Below are positions 32,629-42,268 of a stretch of 50,428 bases of DNA, in pieces. The DNA is from a virus. Taxonomy: Duplodnaviria > Heunggongvirae > Uroviricota > Caudoviricetes. A program made the position numbers and the translations under genes. Where the stretch lies: IMG/VR virus record IMGVR_UViG_2909278081_000001; one strand, 5' to 3'. The notes beneath the pieces are model-generated. The model was not told where the DNA came from. It searched no databases and saw only the letters and a list, made by a program, of their open reading frames with translations. Each line of letters opens with the position of its first letter. Position 1 is the first letter of the stretch.

Positions 32629-32932
32629 TTTTCACCCCTGTCAGTCGTTCCCAAAAGTACGTCAGTGCAACCGAACCCATCGCACCACTAATCCCCGCTG
32701 TCGCGAGAATCATGTAAATACTGAATCCACTTTCGATGCTGATCAGGCCACCAATAACACCGGTGAATCCCGATACCACAATCTGAGCCAGAGCATTTAT
32801 CCAGCTCCACGTTGCTTTACTCTGCTTCACATCTATCAGGTAGCGGACCAGACCGCCCCAACCTGCGATGATCAGCAAAACGAGCCAGAACGCTCCGGCA
32901 AGGCTCTCTTTTTCGTGCATATGAATAGCCAA
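32615..32932 (-). CDS. putative holin, not lambda S-like in sequence
   Basis: 105 aa, hydrophobic segments, possible dual start (MAIHM), directly upstream of R; called by position and hydrophobicity. Confidence 0.6.
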   Translation of the reverse strand: MAIHMHEKESLAGAFWLVLLIIAGWGGLVRYLIDVKQSKATWSWINALAQIVVSGFTGVIGGLISIESGFSIYMILATAGISGAMGSVALTYFWERLTGVKNAKS

Positions 32933-33136
32933 TGTTTCGCCGCCGACAAAAGGCCGGGACGTTAAATGTCAGAAATCAGGCTCACGGGGTAATTTAACGA
33001 CAAAGCACGGAGTTGATGCTCCCCGCAAGCCTGGAATAAAAAAGCCAGCATGTAGCTGGCAATAGAGGGTTAAGCAATATCAACTCAACAGCTGAAGACA
33101 CCCTGGCTGGGGTAGGTTGGAAGGCTACTCACCGTC

Positions 33137-33175
33137 CAGAAACAGAAAAGCCCAAGGCTTTAAACCTCGGGCTTG
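33137..33175 (-). terminator. hairpin terminator between Q and the lysis cassette (possible tR'-like site)
   Basis: Minus-strand agcccgagg-tttaaa-gccttgggct followed by TTTTCTGTTTC. Confidence 0.4.
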
Positions 33176-33241
33176 AATTTGGATTACTGCCAGTGCGTAC
33201 AACATTGGCAGAATATCAGATTTACATGAAATATATGCTTT

Positions 33242-33931
33242 TTAATCCAGTTTTGCAATATTTTGCTGTGAAAATGTCGCCTTTTGTTTTGAACGTGTTC
33301 TCGTTACAAGCAATAAAGCTTCGCTATCAAGCTGTAGAAAAATGTGCTTCATTGCAATCCAGCGTTCAGTAAATGTCTCAGACCAGTTTTTTGATGTCAC
33401 TCCCACCAGTAATGCCAGCTCCTGGTATTCATAGGTCTCACGCCCAGCCAGCTCGCTCTTCACATCCTGTGCAGCCAGCCAGATTAACTTCTTCAAGCGA
33501 TCCAGTGTCTTACCTGCAATTTTTCTGGTACCCAACAGAGCCTTAAACTCGTTCCATGCCCACTGCGTTATGGCAACCTGATGCTCCCAGCGAATATTTT
33601 CACTGTAACTCCACAGCAACCACGCTTTCTGATGTTCATCGAGAGACAAAATCGCACGCCGCCACGAAGAGGTTGAAAACTCGACCGAACTGACTAGGGC
33701 GACAGATGAACCTTTTGCGTACGACTGTTTACCGGAAATCGGCGGATTATCCAGCGTAATCATCCTGCCAGTTACCTCATCCAGAATGCGCGGCTTCTTT
33801 CGTTTGTATGTACCAGTATCAAATTGTGCATGCTCCAGCCAGGCTTCAAGCTGTCCTTTCGTTGCTCCGCTCAAATCAGCGGTAGCCACAATGAGTTGCT
33901 CGCGGACATACTGTAAATATTGGGTATTCAT
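33242..33931 (-). CDS. late antiterminator Q-like protein (by position)
   Basis: 229-aa ORF between ylcG/rusA and the lysis genes; start overlaps the ylcG stop. Confidence 0.6.
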   Translation of the reverse strand: MNTQYLQYVREQLIVATADLSGATKGQLEAWLEHAQFDTGTYKRKKPRILDEVTGRMITLDNPPISGKQSYAKGSSVALVSSVEFSTSSWRRAILSLDEHQKAWLLWSYSENIRWEHQVAITQWAWNEFKALLGTRKIAGKTLDRLKKLIWLAAQDVKSELAGRETYEYQELALLVGVTSKNWSETFTERWIAMKHIFLQLDSEALLLVTRTRSKQKATFSQQNIAKLD

Positions 33932-34068
33932 GCGGCAGCTCCTTTCAGTGTTTTGGCGTAATTCTTCAGTATCCGGTAATCGGTCAAAACAGAACCAGGA
34001 AAACGATATAAGCGCAGGCGCACCCAGCGGCGGCGAAGACGCTCTGCCATATAAGACTCAAACATCAT
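33928..34068 (-). CDS. ylcG: small protein YlcG-like (46 aa)
   Basis: Not in supplied ORF list; minus-strand [49 protein letters not shown]; ATGA overlap with rusA stop, stop overlaps Q start. Confidence 0.6.
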   Translation of the reverse strand: MMFESYMAERLRRRWVRLRLYRFPGSVLTDYRILKNYAKTLKGAAA

Positions 34069-34427
34069 TCATCTCCCAGTTCGGTGATGGTCAGCTCCAG
34101 CTTCCCACCTTTGGTAACGGGCATCTTCACAACACGGTAATCAACGACCTGAACATCATCCAGCCAGAAACCTGCTTTGGTGAGTGCGTCAAAAGCGGCT
34201 TTTTGCAGATTATCCAGGTCACGGCGACGGCGATCCGGCATGTGGCACTCAATACGGATTTTCACTGGCATAGCCAAGCCGATATCCAGCATTGCGTTTT
34301 TAATGATTCGGGCGACGTTATCGCAGTATGCCTGCCCCTCTGCGCTGACGTGCGTGCGCCCACGATTATGGCGGTAATAGCGATTATTGCTCGGAGGCCA
34401 AGGTAATGTGATGCTGTAGGTATTCAC
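34065..34427 (-). CDS. rusA: Holliday junction resolvase RusA
   Basis: 120 aa, [26 protein letters not shown]..., matches E. coli RusA. Confidence 0.9.
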   Translation of the reverse strand: MNTYSITLPWPPSNNRYYRHNRGRTHVSAEGQAYCDNVARIIKNAMLDIGLAMPVKIRIECHMPDRRRRDLDNLQKAAFDALTKAGFWLDDVQVVDYRVVKMPVTKGGKLELTITELGDE

Positions 34428-34714
34428 GCCTCAATAACCCCCTCTTTCAACCAGATAACCTGTGTTCTCGCCATACCTTCCAGCGCGCATTCTTTTGCAT
34501 ATCCAGCGTCAACAAAATGCGTGCGACGGTCGATTTCGTCGTGGCAGGCAGAACATGCAATGGTGGCAATCAGGTCTGGCGGTTTGATACCGGTACCGCA
34601 CAATCCAGCCAGCCGGATATGTGCCAGTACTGACGTTTCAGGATTGCCATTACATACGCCAGGGATTCTTACCTGGCATTCCCGACCACGCGCTGCTTTT
34701 CTCAAATCAGCCAT
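34424..34714 (-). CDS. ybcO: YbcO-like Cys-rich protein (DUF1364, putative nuclease), 96 aa
   Basis: Start set at [14 protein letters not shown] with strong SD aggagg; supplied ORF extends upstream. Confidence 0.7.
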   Translation of the reverse strand: MADLRKAARGRECQVRIPGVCNGNPETSVLAHIRLAGLCGTGIKPPDLIATIACSACHDEIDRRTHFVDAGYAKECALEGMARTQVIWLKEGVIEA

Positions 34715-34877
34715 GATTCCTCCTTGCTGCCAGTCGCAACCATTTTTTATCAACCAGGCTGGCGGTATACCCGAGCAGTGTTGGTATTTCGGATGGCTTC
34801 AGCTCAGGTTTACGCTTACGACGATTTGGTACTTTGTAGATGTGTCCGTTCATGATACGAATAAGCGGTGTAGCCAT
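34707..34877 (-). CDS. ninE: NinE-like protein (56 aa)
   Basis: Not in supplied ORF list; minus-strand [59 protein letters not shown]; start overlaps ybcN stop, stop overlaps ybcO start. Confidence 0.6.
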   Translation of the reverse strand: MATPLIRIMNGHIYKVPNRRKRKPELKPSEIPTLLGYTASLVDKKWLRLAARRNHG

Positions 34878-35332
34878 TACGCCTCCTGCTTGTCGCGCAG
34901 CAGCTGGAACTCGCAGCGCTGCGGAATAGTCAGGTGGCAGCCAATATTCATCGCCCAGGCTTCAACCTTACACAGGAAGACATACATCTCTCCGGTATCA
35001 AGATCGGAGGTATGGCGTAACGACTGGATAGTAGTGATTTCGCCGGTTACGACATCAACCAGGTCCTTGGTTTCATAACCGAGGTATGTGTGTTTGAGAG
35101 CATCTTTTACCCATGCTGCGGTAGCGAACGATTTCCCCCTGCTGATGAGGTATTCACTGATTTCGCTGTACCACATATGGCTGAGTGCATTCTGGGAAAG
35201 ACTGCGTTTCTCACGCCACGGTTTAAGCACCATGCGAAAGCATTTTCCGTCCTCCAGATAAGGCTGGATCTGCTGGCCGAAAGCGGTGAAGTTGCCGCGA
35301 TGCAATTTGATGCCATCTTGTGGGAGGTTCAC
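34877..35332 (-). CDS. ybcN: NinB/YbcN-like recombination protein
   Basis: 151 aa; [17 protein letters not shown] resembles the NinB motif region; position upstream of ninE. Confidence 0.7.
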   Translation of the reverse strand: MNLPQDGIKLHRGNFTAFGQQIQPYLEDGKCFRMVLKPWREKRSLSQNALSHMWYSEISEYLISRGKSFATAAWVKDALKHTYLGYETKDLVDVVTGEITTIQSLRHTSDLDTGEMYVFLCKVEAWAMNIGCHLTIPQRCEFQLLRDKQEA

Positions 35333-35779
35333 GATTCACCTCCGCAGAGGCCAAACGCTGGATGCAAAAAATCGCAGGTGCATTTCTGCATCTGTGAATG
35401 GAGAAGATAGGTTGGATTGTATGTGCGCATAAACGTCCCCGTTTAGCGCAGAAGTCACAGGAGTTGTTCAGGCTCCGGTGATACAATTATGGCGAATTGA
35501 TTATTCATAATCAAACAAGATAAGGTCTCAAACTTCATGCAAGCCAAGATTTATTTCTGACAGAATTATACAAAGAAGCTATTGGTCAGAATCTACTCGG
35601 ACTGTAAAACATACGCATAACCTTAAGCTCTCACTTTAAGCATTGTTGAAATAATAGCCGTCAAGTACAACCTTAACCACGACTGGGATATTTCCCTAGC
35701 TACCACGAGTTGTACTGCTATTAAACTGCCGTTAAATTCAGTAAGAGAATTTCATCCGATAAGTCAAGGCATGTAAAAC

Positions 35780-36823
35780 ATGAAAATTAACAAGATATTA
35801 TCATCTGCAACACTATTGTATGGTATGTCAATGGCCATGTCGGTCGGGAGTTGTGCAACACCTGTCCAGACTAATCTTCCTGGTTACACCCCGGGTGCAG
35901 ATATCATTAGTGTTTCACCCACCAGAAACCAGGTCGATCTCATTGGTGATGTTGTTTATTCCCAGATAAAAGGAACTCGTTCTGTCAGACAGCTTCACAT
36001 GTCAGTTCTTGTCCCGCGAACAAATGATTTAAAACCAGCCATTATTTATTATCCCGGCGGCGGATTCATGTCTTCTGAACATGACAAATTTATTGAAATG
36101 AGAATGGCTCTGGCTGAAGCTGGTTTTGTTGTGGCCGCTGTAGAATACAGAACAATTCCTGATACATTTCCAGCACCAGTTGAGGATGGGAAAGCTGCAA
36201 TACGTTACTTGAGAGAACATGCCAGCGATTATGGGATTGATCCTCAAAGAATCGGAGTTCTGGGTGACTCTGCCGGTGGATGGCTTGCCCAGATGATGGG
36301 AACTACAAATGGTGACAAAACCTTTAATAAAGGTGACTTTCTTCAGCAATCAGCAGATGTTCAGGCTGTTGCCACACTTTATGGGATTTCTGACTTGTTG
36401 AATATTGGCGAGGGGTTCCCTGAATCAGTGCAGGAGGTTCATCGATCTCCTGCCGTAACCGAAGCCTTAATGATCAATGGCCCTGCATTCAGAAGTTTTG
36501 CGGGAGCCCCCATAACAGCGTCAAAAGAAAAAGCGCTAAACGCCAGTCCAATCGGACATATGAAAGGAGTAAAACCCCCATTTCTTATTATGCATGGTAG
36601 CAAAGACACTCTGGTTTCACCTGAGCAAAGCGCCAAACTATTCAGGATGTTGAAGAAGAACGGCGATAACGCTGAGTACGTTCTGGTAGAAGGGGCTGAG
36701 CATGGCGATAATACATGGTATCAGCCAATTATTATAAACAGAGTTGTTGAGTGGTTTACTAAAAACCTGGGAACCCCCATAAAAACCGCTACCCAACAAC
36801 AAAAAACAAACGCTGACCTGTAA
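35780..36823 (+). CDS. lipoprotein alpha/beta-hydrolase (esterase/lipase family), cargo gene
   Basis: Signal peptide with lipobox (SVGSC), oxyanion-hole YYPGGGF, nucleophile elbow GDSAGG, C-terminal GAEHGD; only plus-strand gene in the minus-strand early-right operon. Confidence 0.8.
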   Translation: MKINKILSSATLLYGMSMAMSVGSCATPVQTNLPGYTPGADIISVSPTRNQVDLIGDVVYSQIKGTRSVRQLHMSVLVPRTNDLKPAIIYYPGGGFMSSEHDKFIEMRMALAEAGFVVAAVEYRTIPDTFPAPVEDGKAAIRYLREHASDYGIDPQRIGVLGDSAGGWLAQMMGTTNGDKTFNKGDFLQQSADVQAVATLYGISDLLNIGEGFPESVQEVHRSPAVTEALMINGPAFRSFAGAPITASKEKALNASPIGHMKGVKPPFLIMHGSKDTLVSPEQSAKLFRMLKKNGDNAEYVLVEGAEHGDNTWYQPIIINRVVEWFTKNLGTPIKTATQQQKTNADL

Positions 36824-36826
36824 AAA

Positions 36827-36847
36827 GCAGCCCGCACTTATGCGGGC
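36827..36847. terminator. hairpin between convergent esterase and ybcK genes (possibly bidirectional)
   Basis: gcagcccgca-ctta-tgcgggc; T-rich flank on the minus-strand side. Confidence 0.45.
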
Positions 36848-37172
36848 CAACCTATTTCACTCGATTCAAAAGAAATTATTTTTAATGGGGGCGTGACCAG
36901 CCTCTCGGTGCTCAGATACTTAATGAAGTGGAGTGGCATTCAGGCAAGAGGTTAACATCACCTGTTCGCCATAACCAAGCACGTGCACAAAGTTTGTTAT
37001 CAGTGAATTGTTTTGTGATTGGGTATTGTTGAGCTACTAGAGCAAGAATGCCAACATCCAGTGGCAGTGCCTATAGTAAAACTATAGCTCAGGGCGCTTC
37101 GTTCAAGATAGTTAATATCATATTAGTTACTTTACTTTCATACCATAGCACGGTTGAAAAAGTGATTATTAC

Positions 37173-38699
37173 TCAAAAATAAATCTCACCATCAACCATA
37201 TATTTAAGAGTACTTATCACCTGCTGGGCGGATATTACTTTCATTAAAGGATAGTGTTTAAAAACAATGCCATTCATAAAATAGATATCACAGGTTTTAT
37301 TATCTGTATTAATTATAATTTTTTCGAATATTTTATAGGCAAGTGTACGACATAGCTCTCGCCCATTTTTACTGGTTAAATCAATAGCATGAAAATCACC
37401 AAGTGAACTCACCCCTTTACTCTTCAAAGTTTTTAATGATACCGAAGCCCTTCGTAATTCCTTATCTAATAGTCTTATTTTCTCTGCTATAGCGGTAACT
37501 TCAGGCGCGACAGACAATGCAACGATTAAATTATTAATTTTCATCTGAAGCTCAATAATTTTTAACTCTAAAGTTTCATTAGCATCTTTCTTGTTTTCAA
37601 CTGGTTGAATTTTGCTACAATTAAAAAGCAATTCATTAATGATATTATAATCAACCAAATCTCTTTTTATTGATGGTCTGTCACATCGATGTAATCTTCT
37701 CATCGGACAAACATAATAGCCATGCAAACTTCCAGATACCGCATGAACAATCATGGTATTACCACAAGCCTCACACTTCATAACTGTTCGAAGTAGATTT
37801 ATTAGCATAGGATTCTTGCTACTATTGCTAATACCAAAAGGTGCCAACCGAATTTCCTGTACAGCGTAAAACAAATCATCTGATATGACTCTGGGATAAT
37901 AGCCAGCGATTTCACTTATCCCTTTCCCTCTTGCACGATATGAAGGTACGCATATACCTATCAGAGCTTTATTCGCTAATAATTTTTCAATTACAGAAGG
38001 TCCCCATGCACTTTCTTTTCCTGAGAAATTCTTTACAGCATGATCATTTAAATACTTGGCTATTGCATTCAATGAGCGCCTTTCCATCCTGAGTTTAAAA
38101 ATTAGCTCAATAGTTTTCACCCTGTCGGGGTCTGGAACAAAAGCCGTTCTTTTGTCATCCAATGAGAGCCATCTCGGACAAGAAGCCGTCATAATCGTGC
38201 CTGACTCCAGTGCATCCTGCCGTTTTTTCTTCCATGATAATTTAACCCGACTTGACTTTATCTCGCTTTCTTCATTTGCCCTTTGTGCTATAAGTATGGC
38301 TTTTATTAATGAATATGGCTCATTCAATGAGTCAATATTATAGACTGTATTATCGCAAAGAGTTATAACATCAATACCGTGATTCAAAATCAATTTCAGA
38401 CGCTCAATCGCTTCACCGACTTTTTCTCTTGAAAGTCTGTCCAGACTTTCAACTAACAATGTAGTCCCTGGCAATATATAACCATGTTCTATAGCATCTA
38501 AAAATTCCGAAAAAGCTCCTGATTGTGCATGCTTTCCATTGAATGCGCTTAACCCCAAATCTTCATACGTTACGGTATCAAGGTAATAATCACTATTTAC
38601 CTTTAGCCATTCAGTAATAAGCCTTCTCTGGCGGTTTAATGAATCACCAGACATCTGACCTGGTGATGAAAATCGCATATATGCTATGGCTTTTTTCAT
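37173..38699 (-). CDS. ybcK: large serine recombinase (YbcK-like)
   Basis: 508 aa; N-terminal resolvase-type fold (…AYMRFSS…), C-terminal recombinase and Cys-rich segments (CEACG...CPMRRLHRC); AT-rich. Confidence 0.8.
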   Translation of the reverse strand: MKKAIAYMRFSSPGQMSGDSLNRQRRLITEWLKVNSDYYLDTVTYEDLGLSAFNGKHAQSGAFSEFLDAIEHGYILPGTTLLVESLDRLSREKVGEAIERLKLILNHGIDVITLCDNTVYNIDSLNEPYSLIKAILIAQRANEESEIKSSRVKLSWKKKRQDALESGTIMTASCPRWLSLDDKRTAFVPDPDRVKTIELIFKLRMERRSLNAIAKYLNDHAVKNFSGKESAWGPSVIEKLLANKALIGICVPSYRARGKGISEIAGYYPRVISDDLFYAVQEIRLAPFGISNSSKNPMLINLLRTVMKCEACGNTMIVHAVSGSLHGYYVCPMRRLHRCDRPSIKRDLVDYNIINELLFNCSKIQPVENKKDANETLELKIIELQMKINNLIVALSVAPEVTAIAEKIRLLDKELRRASVSLKTLKSKGVSSLGDFHAIDLTSKNGRELCRTLAYKIFEKIIINTDNKTCDIYFMNGIVFKHYPLMKVISAQQVISTLKYMVDGEIYF

Positions 38700-38954
38700 G
38701 GTGACACCTGCTAAAGTATGCTTTTATAAACCTTAGTGGTGAGATATGATTTTTGTTTAATTTTTATTTAAAAAGACAATTAAGGTCACATTATCTTGAA
38801 TATACAACAATAATCGTATTGCAATTTTCTTACACCATAATCTTGAAAGCACAAAAGAATGAATAAAAACTAAAGACATTAACAAAAAGCATAAAACGAG
38901 GCCCATATAAATATACGAGCCTCCATATTTTAGTCGTTTAAAAACAAATTATTT

Positions 38955-39287
38955 TTAATGTGGTGTGCTTCGTGACAATAAATTAATAACCAACACACCG
39001 GCACAAATCAACATCATGCCTATAATGGCTGGCAGGTCCAACCGTTGGCCGAAAAATCCCCATGATAGTAAGCTAATCAGGACAATACCGACTCCTGACC
39101 AGATAGCATAAGCAATCCCTGTAGGAATATAAGCCAGCGTCTGAGCTAATAACCAGAATGATGCACAATAACAAATAATTGTACCAACAGATGGCCATAA
39201 CCGTGTAAAACCTTCTGAAAACTTCATTAAGGTTGTACCAATGACCTCTGCAAGTATTGCACCACCAAGATAAATATAAGGATTCAT
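38955..39287 (-). CDS. emrE: small multidrug resistance efflux protein EmrE
   Basis: From Met19 of the supplied ORF: MNPYIYLGGAILAEVIGTTLMKFSEGF... 110 aa, matches E. coli EmrE. Confidence 0.9.
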   Translation of the reverse strand: MNPYIYLGGAILAEVIGTTLMKFSEGFTRLWPSVGTIICYCASFWLLAQTLAYIPTGIAYAIWSGVGIVLISLLSWGFFGQRLDLPAIIGMMLICAGVLVINLLSRSTPH

Positions 39288-39354
39288 AGCATATTCTTTC
39301 CTGTTCAAACTGGAGAGAATTGTACTACAGTTTGAACTCAACTCACCTGTTTCA

Positions 39355-39657
39355 TCATTGTGTACCCATTGATGTTCTTTTATATACCCTCAATACCCGT
39401 TTCATCGCGGCACTCTGGCGACACTCCTTAAAAATCAAATTCGTGCTCACCTTTCCTTCCCATTCTTCTCTGGTAGCGAACCGATAATACACCGTTCGCC
39501 AGACCTTACCATCAACGACCAGGATTCCTGCCCGCGCCATTTTAGCCGCAGCCTGATTTATGCTGGTTACGGTTGCGCCTGTTACCGCGGCAACGTCCTG
39601 CGCACAGAAGTTCTTATGAGTCCCCAGGTAATGAATAATTGCCTCTTTGCCCGTCAT
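39355..39657 (-). CDS. ren: Ren (protects against Rex exclusion in lambda)
   Basis: MTGKEAIIHYLGTH...VTGATVTSINQAAAKMARAG, lambda Ren-like. Confidence 0.85.
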   Translation of the reverse strand: MTGKEAIIHYLGTHKNFCAQDVAAVTGATVTSINQAAAKMARAGILVVDGKVWRTVYYRFATREEWEGKVSTNLIFKECRQSAAMKRVLRVYKRTSMGTQ

Positions 39658-40355
39658 ACACTTGCTCCTTTCAGCCCAAACTTAGCTTTGATTTCTGCGA
39701 TCTTCGCCAGAGCCTGTGCACGATTTAGAGGTCTACCGCCCATGACAGGAAGTTGTTTTACTGGTTCAGGTATCGCCTCACCACGGTTAATTCGCGCGGT
39801 CATACAGGACAGTTCATCGGCAGCCTTGCGCCGTAATTCCGCGTCAGTCAACGCATTGGCCCGCATGTTCTGATACAGGTTGGTAACCAGCCAGTAGTGC
39901 GCGTTTGATTTCCACGGATAAGACTCTGCATCCGGATACAGACCACGCTTCCGGCAATACTCGTAAACCATATCAACCAGCTCGCTGACGTTTGGCAGCC
40001 CGGCGGTAACGGATGCTTCTTCCCGGCACCATGCAACAAACTGCCCGGGTGATGGCAGAAATGGTCTATTCTGCCGACGGGCAACACGCATTCCGGCGCT
40101 CACCTGTTCCATCGTGGTGATCCCGTTTTCCCGGAAAGCCAGAACCCACTGGCGGCGGATTTCGTTCAGTTCGTTCTGGTCACGATTAGCCAGGCTCGCC
40201 GGGAAAGTTGCCAGTAACTGGCTGAATACACCGTTGATTATCTGCGCTACCTGCTGTACCTGCGGCTTTTCGTCGTACTGTTCCGGCATGTTGTTGGCGA
40301 TCCGACGCATCTGCTCACGGTCAAAGTTAATCATCTGTGCGGCGATGTTTTTCAT
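39654..40355 (-). CDS. P: replication protein P (DnaB helicase loader)
   Basis: 233 aa, near-identical to lambda P. Confidence 0.95.
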   Translation of the reverse strand: MKNIAAQMINFDREQMRRIANNMPEQYDEKPQVQQVAQIINGVFSQLLATFPASLANRDQNELNEIRRQWVLAFRENGITTMEQVSAGMRVARRQNRPFLPSPGQFVAWCREEASVTAGLPNVSELVDMVYEYCRKRGLYPDAESYPWKSNAHYWLVTNLYQNMRANALTDAELRRKAADELSCMTARINRGEAIPEPVKQLPVMGGRPLNRAQALAKIAEIKAKFGLKGASV

Positions 40356-41281
40356 AGATCCACCCCGTAAATCCAGTCTGTGTTTGTCAGGTCGAGTTTT
40401 GGTTTGCTAGCTGTCACGCCTGCCTGTTGCTTGTTACGGTTGATTTCGAGTTGGGTCCACTTGTCGCGGAGTTTGGCCGGACTTAGCACGTTACCGGACC
40501 AGAAGTTGTCCTGGCATGCCCAGCGGAACAGCACGCACATGTCGCGGTGGTTACGTCCGTCACGTTCACGCATCAGGCGGATATCGTTAGCCCACCCTGC
40601 AAAATTCGGTTTTCTGGCTGATGGCGCGATGGTCTTCACCATGTCAAACATCCACTCTGCGGCGGTCAGGTCTTCTGCTGTCCCCCACTTGCTGCCGCTC
40701 TGAATTGCAGCATCCGGTTTCACCACAGGAAGATCGTTTTCTGGTTGGTCAGAGGATTCGCCAGAATTCTCGGACGAAAAAGGTTTTATATTGTCTTTTG
40801 TTAGTTTGTCTTTTGTGTTTACCTGATTCGGGTAAACGCCTTTACCTGATTTGGGTAAACTTTTTTTACCTGATTCAGGTAAATTTACCTCTTTCAGGTA
40901 AACTTTATTTTTCTTACCTGATTCGGGTAATGTAGACCATTCACTGACCACATTATTAATGCCGGTATTCCGCCCGCTCTGAATAAAAATCCCACGCTTT
41001 ACCAGAACACTTTTTGCAGCAGAACACTTGTGCGGCAATATCCCGGTTAATTCGGAAAATTGCTCGTTGCTAACCCAATCCAGTTTTTTATTAAAGCCAT
41101 ATGTTTTGCGCATGACAGCCAGAAAGACCAGAAGCTGGTGCTGTGTTAATCCGGCCAGCATCACAGCTTCCAGCAACTCATTTGCAATGCGCGTATAACC
41201 ATCATCGAGATCTGCCACGCGCGGCTCCTTTTGTGCCGCATCCGGCACTGGAAAATTGAATATCTCAGCAGTGTTTGCCAT
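40352..41281 (-). CDS. O: replication initiator O
   Basis: Start set at MANTAEIFNF (aligns with lambda O MTNTAKILNF; strong SD ggagga); supplied ORF extends to 41371; iterons lie inside the gene. Confidence 0.85.
   Translation of the reverse strand: MANTAEIFNFPVPDAAQKEPRVADLDDGYTRIANELLEAVMLAGLTQHQLLVFLAVMRKTYGFNKKLDWVSNEQFSELTGILPHKCSAAKSVLVKRGIFIQSGRNTGINNVVSEWSTLPESGKKNKVYLKEVNLPESGKKSLPKSGKGVYPNQVNTKDKLTKDNIKPFSSENSGESSDQPENDLPVVKPDAAIQSGSKWGTAEDLTAAEWMFDMVKTIAPSARKPNFAGWANDIRLMRERDGRNHRDMCVLFRWACQDNFWSGNVLSPAKLRDKWTQLEINRNKQQAGVTASKPKLDLTNTDWIYGVDL
40818..40930. repeat. replication origin iterons (five about 19-bp repeats) plus adjacent AT-rich stretch
   Basis: Repeated tttacctgattcgggtaaac-type units at about 40818, 40841, 40866, 40885 and 40913, each an imperfect palindrome, inside O. 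Confidence 0.85.
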
Positions 41282-41367
41282 AATTCCTCCCGCAATGAGT
41301 GTGTTACGATTTGCACCTGAAAGTCGGTTCTGTTCCCGCAGACCGACTTTCGCCATTTTTGAACCTG

Positions 41368-41913
41368 TCATATTGCCCCCAGCATGGTGGTGACCATCGC
41401 CATCAATGGACCAGCCAGATCCGGGTCCACTCGAAACATCGACACAATGCCTTCACTCATCTCCTTCAGTTTCTGGTGGCGTGGTGCGTTGAGAATGACA
41501 GCCTGTTTTGCCTCACTGAGTTCCTTTTCCATTTCAGCCAACCGAGTCATGAAACTATCCTGCTCAACCAGGTAACCGCGATATTCCAGCGGTAGTACCG
41601 CCAGAATTGCCGGGGTCAGTTCACGCACGTTATTTCGGTATTTTTCAGAATCGAATTTGTTATCGAGGAAGCGGAACAGCTTCTGGCGTGCACGGCTGAC
41701 ATCATCAGGGAAATCGATGGTGCCGCCGCCCTGCTCCCGATACTCATTCACAATGAGTGCGGCAACAACATCCTGATTATCTGCAGCCGACCAGGCGCGA
41801 ACGGCATCACGGATTTTTTCGTGGCCTGGCACCTGTTTTATTTGAGAACGATTTATCACCGCAGTCGGGCTAAATCCGCTAGTCTGTTGGTATGTAAGTG
41901 GTTGCATAGTCAT
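41368..41913 (-). CDS. CII-like regulatory protein (181 aa; not lambda cII-like in sequence)
   Basis: Occupies the cII position between cro and O; assignment by position only. Confidence 0.45.
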   Translation of the reverse strand: MTMQPLTYQQTSGFSPTAVINRSQIKQVPGHEKIRDAVRAWSAADNQDVVAALIVNEYREQGGGTIDFPDDVSRARQKLFRFLDNKFDSEKYRNNVRELTPAILAVLPLEYRGYLVEQDSFMTRLAEMEKELSEAKQAVILNAPRHQKLKEMSEGIVSMFRVDPDLAGPLMAMVTTMLGAI

Positions 41914-41937
41914 TGCCTTATCAGTTAACGCCGCAGT

Positions 41938-42165
41938 TTAGGCGGCAGAATTACTCGCGTTAAACAATGGTGCAAGGTCGGGACGAATATCTGCTGGTTT
42001 AATCTTTCCACCAGTGGCTGAGACAATTTTCATTACATAGCGGGCATCAATTCCGCCACCGTGTAGCCAACGCCAAACAGTGGGCTGGGCTACACCGCAT
42101 AGATCTGCCAGTCGTTTTTGACTACCTGTAATACTGATTGCGAGTTGAATGGTTTGATTTGTCAT
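41938..42165 (-). CDS. cro: Cro-like HTH repressor
   Basis: 75 aa from ATG (MTNQTIQLAISITGSQKRLADLCGVAQPTVWRW, helix-turn-helix), divergent from cI across the operator region. Confidence 0.8.
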   Translation of the reverse strand: MTNQTIQLAISITGSQKRLADLCGVAQPTVWRWLHGGGIDARYVMKIVSATGGKIKPADIRPDLAPLFNASNSAA

Positions 42166-42196
42166 TATCAATTCCTATTGGTATTACAATGAATGG

Positions 42197-42225
42197 ATAA
42201 TAGCAATGCGTATTAATCCAATCAA
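42197..42225 (-). promoter_or_regulatory. pR-like promoter with overlapping operator motifs
   Basis: Minus strand TTGATT, 17-nt spacer, TATTAT, then SD and cro ATG; CAATAGCAA-type motifs overlap both hexamers. Confidence 0.5.
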
Positions 42226-42239
42226 TAGCAAAACGTGTT

Positions 42240-42268
42240 TTGACCATCAATACGCAAGCGTATAAATT
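42240..42268 (+). promoter_or_regulatory. pRM-like promoter for cI (probably leaderless transcript)
   Basis: TTGACC, 17-nt spacer, TAAATT, ending 7 nt before the cI ATG at 42276. Confidence 0.5.

Noticed and set aside
32933-33241. tRNA genes between Q and the lysis cassette, as found in some lambdoid phages
   Set aside because: No cloverleaf-compatible sequence or conserved T-loop motif seen by eye; only a terminator-like hairpin. A tRNA scan would be needed to be certain.
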